Shown one piece after another: positions 22,246 through 32,898 of a DNA stretch of 64,000 bases. The stretch lies in NCBI GenBank assembly GCA_963699545.1, contig CAVOUE010000012.1, forward strand, positions 64,001-128,000, given 5' to 3'. Every line of letters begins with the position of its first letter. The first letter of the stretch is position 1. Both the position numbers and the translations under genes were made by a program. This DNA is from Nitrospirota bacterium (GTDB taxonomy: Bacteria > Nitrospirota > Thermodesulfovibrionia > Thermodesulfovibrionales > UBA9159). The notes below the pieces were generated by a model. The model was given only the letters and a program-made list of their open reading frames with translations. It ran no database searches and was not told the origin of the DNA.

Positions 22246-22920
22246 TCAGGAGAGCAGCTGCATCTTGGCGTCAAGGACCATGGTCCCTTTCGGATAAAGG
22301 GCTACGGGATTCAGGTCAATCTCCGCCACCATGCCTGTAGCCATCACCTCGGAAACGCTCACGATCAAGCCTGCAAGTCCCTGTTTATCAACGGGGGGCT
22401 TCCCCCTGTAGCCGTCCAGGAGCCCGTACCCTTTGACCTGCGTAATGAGCCAAGGGCATCTTCAGCGGAGAGGGGTGCCAGTCCAAAGGCCACGTCCTTG
22501 AACAATTCCACGAATATGCCCCCCAGACCGAACATCACCACGGAACCGAATTGGTCATCGTTGATGCCGCCGATGATCACCTCGACACCCCGGGGGGCCA
22601 TCTCTTCCACAAGCACTCCCTCTGCCGATTCTATCCGGGACAGCTCACGAAACGCCCTGTTCAGTTCGCCGGCATCCTGTATATCTGTCCTTACCCCTCC
22701 CACATTGGATTTCGAAATGACCTTTGAGGATGAGATCTTCGCCACAAGGGGATAGGTGAAGATCGACCCGGTCGGGAACTGCCTCGGCAACCCCGAAAAA
22801 TCTTCCCCTCGGCACGGAGAATCCCATCTCCCGCAACAGTCCTTTGACTTCGTGTTCATTCAAGACAGCGCGTCCGCTGTTTCTCTCTCTGAAATCGGTT
22901 ATGACTTCCGCTTCTCTCAT
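22246..22920 (-). CDS. ADP-forming acetate/acyl-CoA ligase beta (ATP-grasp) subunit, multiple frameshifts
   Basis: LNEHEVKGLL, YPLVAKISS..KSNVGGV, VLVEEMA, FGSVVMFGLGGIFVELFKDVAF, EIDLNPV..VLDAKM across three frames. Confidence 0.8.
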
Positions 22921-23266
22921 GGTGTAAGTATACCACGCAGGGTCCGTCTGATAAAGAACAGGTGAAATAGATATTCCGATCAGTTCGGGCACCTCATTGT
23001 TTGAACAAGACCACTACAAATGATATCGGGCTTCTGGCCGAACTATGCGGGGAGAACTCCTGGACTCTGCACTGTCGTGTTTTTGCCACAGGCGAGAGAT
23101 TTCTTTGAAAATAGATAGTCAATGGGAATCTGCCATATGAAGGCAACGTGTCGCACTTGCTACCGACTTGATCGCAATATCGAGGGCTCTTCGGCGGTCG
23201 ATAACACCCTCGAAAAAAAACTTCAGCGGAGAGTAAGTGATGTGGCTTCGCAGTTGAACCAGCAAC

Positions 23267-23296
23267 AAAAAAGGGCGAGCAATATTGCCTCGCCCC
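23267..23296 (-). terminator. Intrinsic terminator downstream of the IPTL-CTERM gene
   Basis: Minus strand GGGCGAG-GCAATATTG-CTCGCCC followed by a T tract. Confidence 0.75.
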
Positions 23297-23323
23297 TGAA
23301 GTGATTCTATCAGAGAGTTTGTC

Positions 23324-24136
23324 TTATCCCTGAGTCCTTCTCTGTCTCCTTAGATAATAGACAGAGTAGAGTCCTGCAAGCACCACAAAAATTATCATGC
23401 CCCATTCCGACATAGTTGGAACTGATGTGCTCTGCTGCCGAAATACCGCAACACTAGCAGGACCAAGCCCCTGGTTCGCTCCTACGCCGAAATCGCTCAG
23501 GAGCGTCCGTGCTCCGCTCACTGGGTCTACCCTGAACAGCGCCCCTTGACCACCTGTCCCGGCATTTGGATCAGTCACCAGGATCTGGCCGTTGGATTCA
23601 ACCGCAACACCAGTTGGATCAAACCCCTGGTTCGTTCCCACGCCGAAATCGCTCAGAAGCGTCCGTGCTCCGCTCACTGGGTCTACCCTGAACAACGCCC
23701 CTGTAAAACCTGTCCCGGCAATTGAATCAATAACCAGGATCTGGCCGTTGGATTCAACCGCAACACTAACTGGATCAGACCCCTGGTTTGCTCCTACGCC
23801 GAAATCGCTCAGAAGCGTCCGTGCTCCGCTCACTGGGTCTACCCTGAACAGCGCCCCTTGACCACCTGTCCCGACAACGTAATCGATCACCAGGATCTGG
23901 CCGTTGGATTCAACCGCAACACCAGTTGGATCAAACCCCTGGTTCGTTCCCACGCCGAAATCGCTCAGAAGCGTCCGTGCTCCGCTCACTGGGTCTACCC
24001 TGAACAGCGCCCCTTGAACACCTGTCCCGGCATTGTAATCGATAACAAATGTGTCATCTGCATGGCCTGCAACAGGCAGCCACAGGGCAAATATCAGGAG
24101 CAAAAGACCTAAGGAAAAGTTTTCTCTCAGCCCCAT
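23324..24136 (-). CDS. Secreted beta-propeller-like repeat protein with IPTL-CTERM sorting signal
   Basis: Signal peptide, four 52-aa repeats, C-terminal VPTMSEWGMII-TM-RRQRR. Confidence 0.85.
   Translation of the reverse strand: MGLRENFSLGLLLLIFALWLPVAGHADDTFVIDYNAGTGVQGALFRVDPVSGARTLLSDFGVGTNQGFDPTGVAVESNGQILVIDYVVGTGGQGALFRVDPVSGARTLLSDFGVGANQGSDPVSVAVESNGQILVIDSIAGTGFTGALFRVDPVSGARTLLSDFGVGTNQGFDPTGVAVESNGQILVTDPNAGTGGQGALFRVDPVSGARTLLSDFGVGANQGLGPASVAVFRQQSTSVPTMSEWGMIIFVVLAGLYSVYYLRRQRRTQG
23470..24045. repeat. Intragenic tandem repeat, 156-bp unit, about 4 copies
   Basis: CTGGGTCTACCCTGAAC recurs at 23521, 23677, 23833, 23989. Confidence 0.95.
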
Positions 24137-24966
24137 ATCCGTTCCCCTCCTTCTTGGAGTTTGTACTGAAATATAATACTAAGCAATATAATTGACTAAA
24201 TTATAGAAGTGCCACTCTTCATAAGTCAATCAGACGAAGAACAAAAAAAACGGACGGATGTTCATCTGCATTGATAATTTACACATCGACTCTACCCGGA
24301 TGAAATATGGATCACGGTCACCTATGAACAGCATAAAGTCCGGCCCACCGATTTCGTTTACCTGCGGATAACGATACGAACACTACAGATTCAATAGCTG
24401 CCTCGGTGTGCGGATTAGAAACGATATTTGTTACTGTGGCAGAATGGCTGCAGTGCAGTGTTGTCGGTGTTATCCTGTGTTTGGGGCTGATTGAGATGGG
24501 CTGCGAGGCCCACGACTTCTCACTCGGTCTCGTATCCGAGGCATTCCGGGATCGATGTCCGACCCCAACCGAATTTCCATGTACTCCTGCGGACAGGGGT
24601 CAGGTCTTGTTTCTTGCTGTCTGCACCTTGTCTGCGTAGCTGCTGTTGTAAAGATTTCCGTTCGTACTCCGTTGAACTCTCAAGATGCTCAACAATGTCG
24701 GTTTCTGTGTCCATATTACGGTACCTGAGCCACCTCGTTTTTACGACTTTGTCGGTGCAGACCGCAAAATGCCGGTGTGTGATACGGGGCGAAAGATGCA
24801 ATCCGTTATCCTATCGGTCCCGATACATGTCCCGGACCATTCCCGCCGCTCATTCCGGAACAAACCTGACACCCTGTAGAGTTGAGACGTCTCAGCCTTC
24901 GATGCATTATTTCAGACTCGTAGTTCATACTGGTGCATTCTGATGCAAAATGGTGTATACTAAAGT

Positions 24967-25226
24967 ATGGCCAACAATCGAAAAAACGGTTCGCCAAAGC
25001 GTCTCGCTCCCGTCTCCACTGGCCAAGCGAGTGAAGGCTTTGGCAAAAAGCCAAAAAGTCAGTTCTAATCGGATACTTGTAGATCTTGTCGAAACAGGGC
25101 TGCGATCAAAAGAAGAGGAGAAGCGCAGATTCTTTGAATTGGCTGATCGGTTAAGCACATCAACCAGACGCGAAAGAACAACAGGAATTGAAAGATCAAC
25201 TCGCCCGAATGACTTTCGGAGAATGA
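24967..25226 (+). CDS. Ribbon-helix-helix protein, putative antitoxin (two apparent +1 indels)
   Basis: Reconstructed MPTIEKTVRQSVSLPSPLAKRVKALAKSQKVSSNRILVDLVETGL...EQQELKDQLARMTFGE. Confidence 0.6.
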
Positions 25227-25470
25227 GTGCCGAAAATCCAGTGGACCAATCTGCCTCCTCGCTCTCCGCGACCATCTTTTTGATCGCCTACAACAACGCA
25301 AGATAACCGCTGAGGATGTCTACCAACTGAAACTCTGGCGGGAATCTGATCCCGAAGCCCCGGATGGAGATTGGTATAAAGATTTCGGCTCCTTCAAAAT
25401 CTGTGGCAGGGGAAAGTACCCCAAGACTTTTCTTCTTCGAGGGCAACCCGGCAAGGGCCAAGCATTGTAA
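25227..25470 (+). CDS. Small hypothetical protein, putative toxin partner (one +1 indel near 25260)
   Basis: Reconstructed 80 aa MPKIQWTNLPPALRDHLFDRLQQRKITAEDVYQLKLWRESDPEAPDGDWYKDFGSFKICGRGKYPKTFLLRGQPGKGQAL; GTG directly after the RHH stop. Confidence 0.6.
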
Positions 25471-25743
25471 TATTAATATCACAGCCGTTTCTGGCAGTAT
25501 ATTACCGGAATGGGTGGCAGGGTTGTGGTGGAACGAGCAGCAGTTTTCCCCGGAATAAGCACCCGAGGCAAAAATCCTTCCTGCTCTCCTGTTTTTGGGG
25601 CTGATTGATATGGTCTGCCAGGCCATAAGATAACCGCGACCTCTAAGTCGGTCTGGTGTCCGAAGTATTCCGGAATCGATGTCCGAACCCTTCCCGAATT
25701 TTCACCAAGAACACAAAAGAAAAAAATGTGATACTATTTCGCT

Positions 25744-26857
25744 ATGAGAACCGCCTTTCTCTATTCCCGGGAGTTCGAGAAGTTCGACTACGGGCCGTCC
25801 CATCCCCTCAAGACCCTCCGCCTGAAACTCACCCATGAGCTTATCAGGGCGTATGGCCTCCTCTCTCTCCCTCATACTCAGTACGTCGAAGCGGAGATGG
25901 CGGACGAGGACGATCTGCTTGTGTTTCACGACAGGGAATATATTGAGGTGCTGAAGGCGGCAAACAGGGGGATCAGCGTTGCCGGCGCAGGGTATTATGG
26001 TCTCGGTCCCGGAGAACAACCCCGTTTTTAAGGGGCTCTTCGACTGGTCCAGGCTTGTGACGGGCGCCTCCCTGCGCGCGGCCCACATCGTGGATTCAGG
26101 GGAGGCTGATATCGCCTTCAGCATATCCGGGGGACTTCATCACGCCATGCCCTCAAGGGCCTCCGGATTCTGCTATGTCAATGATGCGGTTGTTGCTATT
26201 ATGTCCCTCCTGAAAAAGGGCAGGAGGGTAGCATATATCGATATCGATGCCCACCATGGCGATGGAGTGCAGGAGGCTTTTTACGAGACGGACAGGGTGT
26301 TGACCATATCCATACATGAGACGGGCAGGATGCTCTTTCCCGGAACAGGGTTCGAGGGTGACCTCGGCAGAGGGGAAGGGGAAGGATACTCGGTAAATGT
26401 TCCGATGCCCCCTTCCTCGGACGATGAACTCTTCCTCCATGCATTCGACGAGATCGTTCCACCACTCATGGAAAAGTTCAGACCTGACGTTGTGGTGAGC
26501 CAGCTCGGAGTCGACTCCTTCCGAAATGACCCTCTCGCCCACCTGAACTATACCACCAACGGCTTTTGTGAAGTGGTAAAGAGACTAAGAGAGCTTTCCC
26601 CAAAATGGGTCGCTCTGGGCGGCGGCGGGTATGATGTTGCCGTCGTTGCAAGGGCATGGACACTTGCCTGGGCTGTCATGAACGATATTGAGGTTCCTGA
26701 CGAGATTCCCCGGGGTTTCCTTGCCGCATTTCCGGTGGAGGGATTCAGGAGCGGAAAGATCAGGGACGAGAGATATGTCGAAAAAGGCAGGGGAAAGGAG
26801 AGCATGAGGGAAGAGGTGGAACGGGTGGTAAAGTTCCTTAGAAAGAGGCTGCTTTAA
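25744..26857 (+). CDS. Histone-deacetylase-family / AcuC-like deacetylase (frameshift near 26010)
   Basis: SHPLKTLRL, GGLHHA, SGFCYVND, DIDAHHGDG, QLGVD, GGGGY. Confidence 0.9.
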
Positions 26858-26866
26858 TCGCAGGCA

Positions 26867-27898
26867 TCAGCTGTTTATTGAGTCAATGAGTCTTCTCAGC
26901 CTTCCGAAGTTCCTGCGGTCGAAATCCACGACAAGCCTTGGCAGGCCTGCGATCCCCGGCTCATCAGCCTCTGCAGGCAGCGCCGCCGAAAGATACATGT
27001 CCCCTCCGGGCGCCAGAATATCGCCAAAGTCTTCCCTCAGCTTCTGAAACGATGCCGCATCAGGAAACGATGTGAGCCGGATCACCAATCGTCCGTCCAC
27101 GTACCTCAGGCTGTGATAGCGACGGTAGAAATGGTCGATCTTATCCAAAACCTTTTCCACAGAATCAACCTGCTCAAAAAAGTAAAAATCAGAATCATTG
27201 ATATATCCCTGATCAAGGAGCTGTCCCCTGAAAAATTGAATGCATTGTGACCAGTATGTGCCGCCCGGTTCGTCCACAAGGATGAGGGGTATGGGATCAC
27301 GCTTCCCGGTTTGCACAAGGGTAAGAGTTTCCATGGCCTCGTCAAGAGTGCCGAACCCTCCGGGAAAAAGGACAACGGCATGAGCTTCCTTGAGGAAGGC
27401 TATCTTCCGGTTGAAGAAATACTTATAGACGATAAGGCGCGGGTGACCCTTGAGAACAGGATTTGCCTCTTGCTCGAAGGGAAGCCGGATGTTCACCCCG
27501 AAAGAGTGTTTTGGGCCGGCGCCTTCGTTCACCGCCTGCATGATCCCCGGCCCTCCGCCTGTGATCACCATATACTCTGCTTCAGCGATCTTCCTGCCGA
27601 GACTCATGGCCATCCGGTAAATCCTTTCCTCGGGCCGTGTCCTTGCAGAGCCAAAGACCGTGATCTTGCGCACGTCTTTGTAAGGGCCGAATACCTTGGA
27701 AGTGAACCTCATCTCCTTTAACGTGGAGTTCATGAGTTTCAGGTCCGCCTTGTTCCTCTTCTCTTCCTGCCCCGCCATCAGGGCCGCGAGGATCATCTCC
27801 CGGACGATCTCCGGACTCCGGATGCCGCCGGCAAGTTCAATAAGCCCGTCTATCGCCTCATCGGCCGTTTCATTTGTCCCCTTGAATCGCAGCTTCAT
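26867..27898 (-). CDS. LOG-family (TIGR00730) nucleotide phosphoribohydrolase-like protein
   Basis: TVFGSAR, ITGGGPGIM, YFFNRK, PGGFGTLDE. Confidence 0.9.
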   Translation of the reverse strand: MKLRFKGTNETADEAIDGLIELAGGIRSPEIVREMILAALMAGQEEKRNKADLKLMNSTLKEMRFTSKVFGPYKDVRKITVFGSARTRPEERIYRMAMSLGRKIAEAEYMVITGGGPGIMQAVNEGAGPKHSFGVNIRLPFEQEANPVLKGHPRLIVYKYFFNRKIAFLKEAHAVVLFPGGFGTLDEAMETLTLVQTGKRDPIPLILVDEPGGTYWSQCIQFFRGQLLDQGYINDSDFYFFEQVDSVEKVLDKIDHFYRRYHSLRYVDGRLVIRLTSFPDAASFQKLREDFGDILAPGGDMYLSAALPAEADEPGIAGLPRLVVDFDRRNFGRLRRLIDSINS

Positions 27899-28137
27899 AG
27901 AATTATACCTCCGCTTCCTTCATTGTAGCAGGAATGCCGTATCTGATACACACATCTCTTTATCCGTGTGACAGCGGATTTCACGCTCGAGCTTGCATTA
28001 TCGAAAAATGCGGGGGGTCAACGGCTCCGTCCAGAAACAAACGTTTCAGTGATGATGAGGCGCTGAAAAGACTGCTCACAGAACTCGCAACCATCAAACA
28101 ATCTGATCATTGCCCACACTACGAACGAAAGTCGCTA

Positions 28138-28758
28138 CTAAGAGCCAGCTAATGCTACACGTTCTACTACAATAAATGGACCCTGAATGTCACTGGTCTC
28201 ATAGACACAGAACGCCAGCTCCGTTACTGACAGTTGCTTGGTAGATACAGACCGAAACTCTCGAAGATGATTTGCTACCAGCAGCGTCTCAAAGGCTCCT
28301 TGATATACGCCCAGCGTGATATGAGGTTTATAATCGGCTGGATTATCTTCTTTAGAAATCATGGCCAGAATTGAACGAAGCTTATCGAGTGACCCATCCG
28401 GGTCTTCGACAGTTATGTATGGTGCAGATGCGAAACTGTCCAGCATGCCAGTCCTTAAGAAAAACGGCGGCACTTTCGCTTCATTCAGTGCAGTCGTCTG
28501 ACGTCTTTGAAGTTTGGTCGAAAAATGTTCTTCACTTAACAGACCGCAGGCAGCCACTGTAATGTGCGGTGCGCGCCGGTATCCTGGATGTATAAATCGC
28601 TCTACGTATGAACGTGCGGTTTCAATAAGTTCAAGCCAGCCTTGGTCATCGACCAAGACCGCCCAGAAGCCATAATGTGAAATACCTCTGTGCCATTCGG
28701 CAAAATCGTGCTCGCAGTGCGGAATTGTTTTGCTCACTGAGATAAATGTTTCATTCAT
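28138..28758 (-). CDS. 2H phosphoesterase (2'-5' RNA ligase-like) family protein
   Basis: Two HxT motifs (APHITV, KPHITL); visibly more AT-rich than its neighbours. Confidence 0.8.
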   Translation of the reverse strand: MNETFISVSKTIPHCEHDFAEWHRGISHYGFWAVLVDDQGWLELIETARSYVERFIHPGYRRAPHITVAACGLLSEEHFSTKLQRRQTTALNEAKVPPFFLRTGMLDSFASAPYITVEDPDGSLDKLRSILAMISKEDNPADYKPHITLGVYQGAFETLLVANHLREFRSVSTKQLSVTELAFCVYETSDIQGPFIVVERVALAGS

Positions 28759-29226
28759 TTAAGTGTACCCAGATTCTTTGCAGCCTCAATTATCATGTAC
28801 GCTGCTGCCTCTTAATGAGGATTATAAGAAGCACGGGATAATTAGTCAATGAAAACGCTGTGTTCGGCCAACAGCAGAGGGTTATCGTAACTTATCTTGT
28901 CTTAAATATACAATCTTCAAAACGTCTTATCAAGGGACATGGACAAAGGAAAGCTCTCAGCGAAAAAACAGTTTCTGAAAAGTGGAAAATACTGGGAAAC
29001 TAATTGGGGACACCTCCCGTTTTTCTTCTTTCCGCAGACTCTCAACAGTACTATCAGAAATAGAAACACTTAGAGAGATAGCGGACGATGCAGGTTATCA
29101 GGTGTATTCAAATCTCGGATGATGCATCTTCCTCTGTCAGCTCTGGGGGGGGAAGGCGTGATCGGTGGCGAAACTGGGGAACCACAGAGGCTATCTTCGC
29201 CGGCACAAAAAAGACGAGACGGAATT

Positions 29227-30060
29227 CTACTTTAGCCCCACGCGGAAGCGGTAGTTCTGGTAACTGAAGACGACCCCCTCGGAGGTTATCTCCTCTACCT
29301 TAAGTCCCGCGGTCAGGAATTGACCTTCCCTCAGAGACTGTCCGTTGATCCTCACCATGCGGGAAGAGGCATCGCTGGCGAACAGATGGGTGGAAATCGC
29401 AAAGTCCGGCAGACTCTGCCGTAACGACGTGGGAAGTTCCTGAAGACTGTAGAGCTTATTCGGCACGGGAGCAGGAAGAGTAGCTGGCTCGGATGCAGAA
29501 TCGGGGCGCTTTACTTCCGGCATCTGCTGCGGCGGAGCTGCGGCAACCCTGGAAGGACCTTTCTCATTCGTCGTCTGCGTCTGCGCCGGCTTGTCTTCTT
29601 TGTTCTTCTGCAGGCCGGCTTTCACCGGCTCCTGCACGGACTGACGGATACCATCCGCCTTGGGCACATCCTTTATTGCAGCAGGGCTCTTTGGTCCGGA
29701 CACAGGTTTGTTCTCTTCGGCAGACCTGGTCACCGGCTCACGATCACCCGACACTGCAGACTGCGGAATCGCAACCGATGATCCTGCACCAGCTGGGCGG
29801 TTCCCCTGATCAGGGGTCTTTGCGACACGCTGCTGAGTTGCAGCCGGCTGCGCAACGATGGGCGGCTTGCCTGAGCGCCATACCAGCCACCCTGCCAGAA
29901 AGCCCGCGTTCAGGACCAACGCTCCCACGAGCAGATAAGGCCAGAGGGGGCGCCTTTTCGGTATCTCTTCCATGACATCCTGCGTCGTCATCAGATCCGG
30001 AACCGTGCCCCTTTGCCGCTCTTTTTCCGATTTTTTCAGCGCATCAAGAATATAAGACAT
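29227..30060 (-). CDS. Type II secretion accessory protein GspB/ExeB-like
   Basis: MSYILDALKKSE start, single TM, Pro-rich linker, C-terminal GspB domain (HLFASDASSRMVRING). Confidence 0.85.
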   Translation of the reverse strand: MSYILDALKKSEKERQRGTVPDLMTTQDVMEEIPKRRPLWPYLLVGALVLNAGFLAGWLVWRSGKPPIVAQPAATQQRVAKTPDQGNRPAGAGSSVAIPQSAVSGDREPVTRSAEENKPVSGPKSPAAIKDVPKADGIRQSVQEPVKAGLQKNKEDKPAQTQTTNEKGPSRVAAAPPQQMPEVKRPDSASEPATLPAPVPNKLYSLQELPTSLRQSLPDFAISTHLFASDASSRMVRINGQSLREGQFLTAGLKVEEITSEGVVFSYQNYRFRVGLK

Positions 30061-30062
30061 CC

Positions 30063-31682
30063 CTACTTCTCCTCTTTCTTCGCGGATAGCAGCGGCTCAT
30101 TGCTGCCCGCCGCGGTGTTCAGATTGATCATGGTCTGGGGCCCGACCACGCCGTCAGGCTTCAATCCCTTTGAGAGCTGAAATTTCTTCACCTGAACGAC
30201 AAGGGCGTTGTCAAAGACAGGTTTTTCACGCTGTTGAACTTTTTGCCCGTTGATAAGCGCCAGCTGTTTCTCAAGCCATTGGACCTCAGCTCCCCTGACG
30301 CCGGGCCTGATGTCTCCCTGATAGTTCGGCGGCATTCGCCAGAACAGGGTACAATCCCCCATCCAGTGCCCTTCGACCTCACTGACGTCAACTTTCATTG
30401 TCTTGCCTCCCAGAACAAAGGTGGCTGTTTGCCCATCCATCGCGGTCAGTGCCCCATAAAATTCCTTGCCCCGGTCGTCAAAGAGCTTTAACACGGCCGG
30501 CCTGTTCAGCTGACGGAGCCCGCTCAAGCTGGAGGGCGTATCCAGGCATCCGAGTCCCCTCGCCCTCGCCTCCCGGCAGGGGGTTAGGTTATTCTTCGCT
30601 TTATAGGGCATGTCCCACAACCGAAAAAGCTCCTGGAATGCCGCCTCCCTGCTGAGATGAACCGGCTGGTCGGAGGGCCACTGCAATGTATCCAATTTGG
30701 GAGGCTCCGGCACAATGCTCCCCTTCACCGGAGCGGTCAGTACTTCCTGAGACGGCGGCAGGGTCTGCGACCGGTTATTATAAAGGGTTGCTGCCAGGGC
30801 AACGGCAGAGATCATGAGTATCATGCCTGCCAGCGCCCATCTCATCTTCGCCCTGGGGCGCCTCCGGACCTCAGATCTCCCGAACACCTCCCGTGCAGCT
30901 TTGTTCAGCGTGGATCTGTCAACCCGGTCCTGACCCTGGACATACGCTCCCAACAGGGCCCGGTCACAGATCACATTGATCAGCCTCGGGATGCCACCGC
31001 TCAGGCGGAACAGTCTGTCCATCGTGGAAGGAAGGAACAATCTGGTGTGAGCCCCGGCCACTGCGAGACGGTGGCTCACGTACTCGGCCACCTCTTTTCT
31101 TGACAACGCACCCAGATGATAGCGGGCCGTGACACGCTGCGCCAGCTGCCGCATTTCGGGTTTTTCCAGCTGGTCCTGGAGTTCCGGCTGACCCACCATG
31201 ATGATCTGGAGAAGCTTGCGCTGATTCGTCTCGAGATTCGTAAGCAGACGCAGTTGCTCCAGCACGTCCGTGCCTAGGTTCTGAGCCTCTTCAAGGATAA
31301 GCACGGTCCTGCGTCCTCTGGCATGGGCGTCAAGGAGGTATGCGTTGATGAGGTCTACATAGACTTTGACACTTGTGGATACCTCAGGATAACGGATGCC
31401 AAGCTCGTCACAGAGGGTTGCCAGCAACTCCTCGACGCTCAACTTCGGATTGAGCACGAAAGCGATATCGGTGTTTTCCGGCAACTGTTCCAGAAGACAG
31501 CGGCAGATCGTTGTTTTCCCTGTTCCGACCTCTCCGGTGAGCAGGACAAAGCCGCCATCGCTGGTGATCCCGTATACCAGATGAGCCAACGCCTCCCGGT
31601 GTTCTCGGCTCATGTAAAGATAGCGGGGATCGGGGGCAATGGAAAAGGGAAGTTCCTTTAGGCCGAAATATTCTCTGTACAT
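30063..31682 (-). CDS. ExeA/GspA-family AAA ATPase with peptidoglycan-binding domain
   Basis: MYREYFGLKELPFSIAPDP, GEVGTGKTT, LEEAQ, GQPEL, GIPRLIN, C-terminal KFQ..GL.PDGVVGPQT. Confidence 0.92.
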   Translation of the reverse strand: MYREYFGLKELPFSIAPDPRYLYMSREHREALAHLVYGITSDGGFVLLTGEVGTGKTTICRCLLEQLPENTDIAFVLNPKLSVEELLATLCDELGIRYPEVSTSVKVYVDLINAYLLDAHARGRRTVLILEEAQNLGTDVLEQLRLLTNLETNQRKLLQIIMVGQPELQDQLEKPEMRQLAQRVTARYHLGALSRKEVAEYVSHRLAVAGAHTRLFLPSTMDRLFRLSGGIPRLINVICDRALLGAYVQGQDRVDRSTLNKAAREVFGRSEVRRRPRAKMRWALAGMILMISAVALAATLYNNRSQTLPPSQEVLTAPVKGSIVPEPPKLDTLQWPSDQPVHLSREAAFQELFRLWDMPYKAKNNLTPCREARARGLGCLDTPSSLSGLRQLNRPAVLKLFDDRGKEFYGALTAMDGQTATFVLGGKTMKVDVSEVEGHWMGDCTLFWRMPPNYQGDIRPGVRGAEVQWLEKQLALINGQKVQQREKPVFDNALVVQVKKFQLSKGLKPDGVVGPQTMINLNTAAGSNEPLLSAKKEEK

Positions 31683-31885
31683 AAATGAAAAAACGCTTTT
31701 GTTGTCCTTTAGAATACTAATACAAGGATTGGAGAAAATACAATCGTTTTTTTTCATTCCCCCCCAGGCATGATCGCGCCTCGGAAGATGCCCGTGGACG
31801 GCATGTGGAACAAAAAGGATTTCTTTTATATACTGAGGAGTAGGATGGTTATCCTGGTCGTCATGATGATTACAGGTGCAGGGAC

Positions 31886-32302
31886 ATGAAGGGCCGGGGT
31901 CCACGCACTATTTTGACGGTCTCCTGCCTCGTTTTCTTTGCCGCGGTATTCCCCTGTCTGCCTCCGTCTGCAGTTTCCCTTGCAGCCGAGGAGTGTGAGA
32001 TAGTGAAAGCTGTTTTTTATGAGAGAAGACAGGGAGAGATCGTCACTGATATCGAATCCGTTATTCCGCACAGGAGGTTTCAGATCGTGACCTACCCCTG
32101 TGCTGCGTTGACAATCCGGGATAACTCCAGGCTCATGTACACAAAAGATATTGAAGTGGAGGCGACATTTGCCGATCGGAACACGATCGTGAAAAAAGCG
32201 TGGTGCGACAAAAAACAGACCGAGGACGGTGAGATCTATTCTTGCACCGTATGTTTCGAAAGCGACTCCCCGGTCTCAAAAGTGACCTGTGTGTTCAAAT
32301 AA
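31886..32302 (+). CDS. Hypothetical exported protein
   Basis: 138-aa ORF with hydrophobic N-terminus and several Cys. Confidence 0.6.
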   Translation: MKGRGPRTILTVSCLVFFAAVFPCLPPSAVSLAAEECEIVKAVFYERRQGEIVTDIESVIPHRRFQIVTYPCAALTIRDNSRLMYTKDIEVEATFADRNTIVKKAWCDKKQTEDGEIYSCTVCFESDSPVSKVTCVFK

Positions 32303-32419
32303 TCGATCACGGTTCCTCGCAGGCGTGACCTCTCAGTATCGTATATGCTTCCGCAGCGCCCTTCAGATCTTTCAGAAAAGAGGCCGTGATCTCCCCTGAG
32401 TATCGCAGGGCCTCCGATG

Positions 32420-32845
32420 TCAAAGGTCTGCCCCGCTGTTACAGGATTCCTCAGGAAGAAGCGCACTCTTTTCCACCACATGGAGATGGACCTTCTCGTC
32501 CTTCTCCGGAAGGGCGTTGAATGTGCTCTCTGCGATTTCTTCTATCCCCTTTCGGTCATCTGAAGCCAGGACCAGGCGAAAACGGTTAAAGCCCTTCCTG
32601 TCCCTCTCATCCCTTCCCGCTTTCACGAGTTCAGGCAGGGTCTCCTTCACGAAGGCGACGCTGTCCGCCGCGACCACGTATATGAGAAGACGGTTACCGA
32701 TGTTTATCCTGCTGCGAAGGACAATGCCGTTATCCAGTTGAATACTGCATGCGCTCTCGACATGTTTGAACACCTCATCTGGACACTCGCAGCCGAGGAC
32801 CTGCCTCACAAAATGTTTCATATGTTCCACATCGGCAATCTTCAC
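32420..32845 (-). CDS. Hypothetical protein
   Basis: 141 aa, LGCECPDEVF and GFNRFRLVL; follows the acyl-CoA ligase alpha gene. Confidence 0.65.
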   Translation of the reverse strand: MKIADVEHMKHFVRQVLGCECPDEVFKHVESACSIQLDNGIVLRSRINIGNRLLIYVVAADSVAFVKETLPELVKAGRDERDRKGFNRFRLVLASDDRKGIEEIAESTFNALPEKDEKVHLHVVEKSALLPEESCNSGADL

Positions 32846-32898
32846 TGCTCAAGTATGGGTGAAGCTGCCCTTCCCTCCTGGTCCTGCCACAGGGTGGT

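Larger units (their letters stand above)
24511..25704. repeat. Imperfect ~70-bp direct repeats (24511-24579 and 25635-25704) bracketing a 1.1-kb islet
   Basis: CACGACTTCTCACTCGGTCTCGTATCCGAGGCATTCCGGGATCGATGTCCGA... vs CGCGACCTCTAAGTCGGTCTGGTGTCCGAAGTATTCCGGAATCGATGTCCGA...; about 56/70 identical by manual alignment. Confidence 0.8.

Noticed and set aside
23470-24045. CRISPR array
   Set aside because: 156-bp in-frame coding repeats with no unique spacers and no cas genes.
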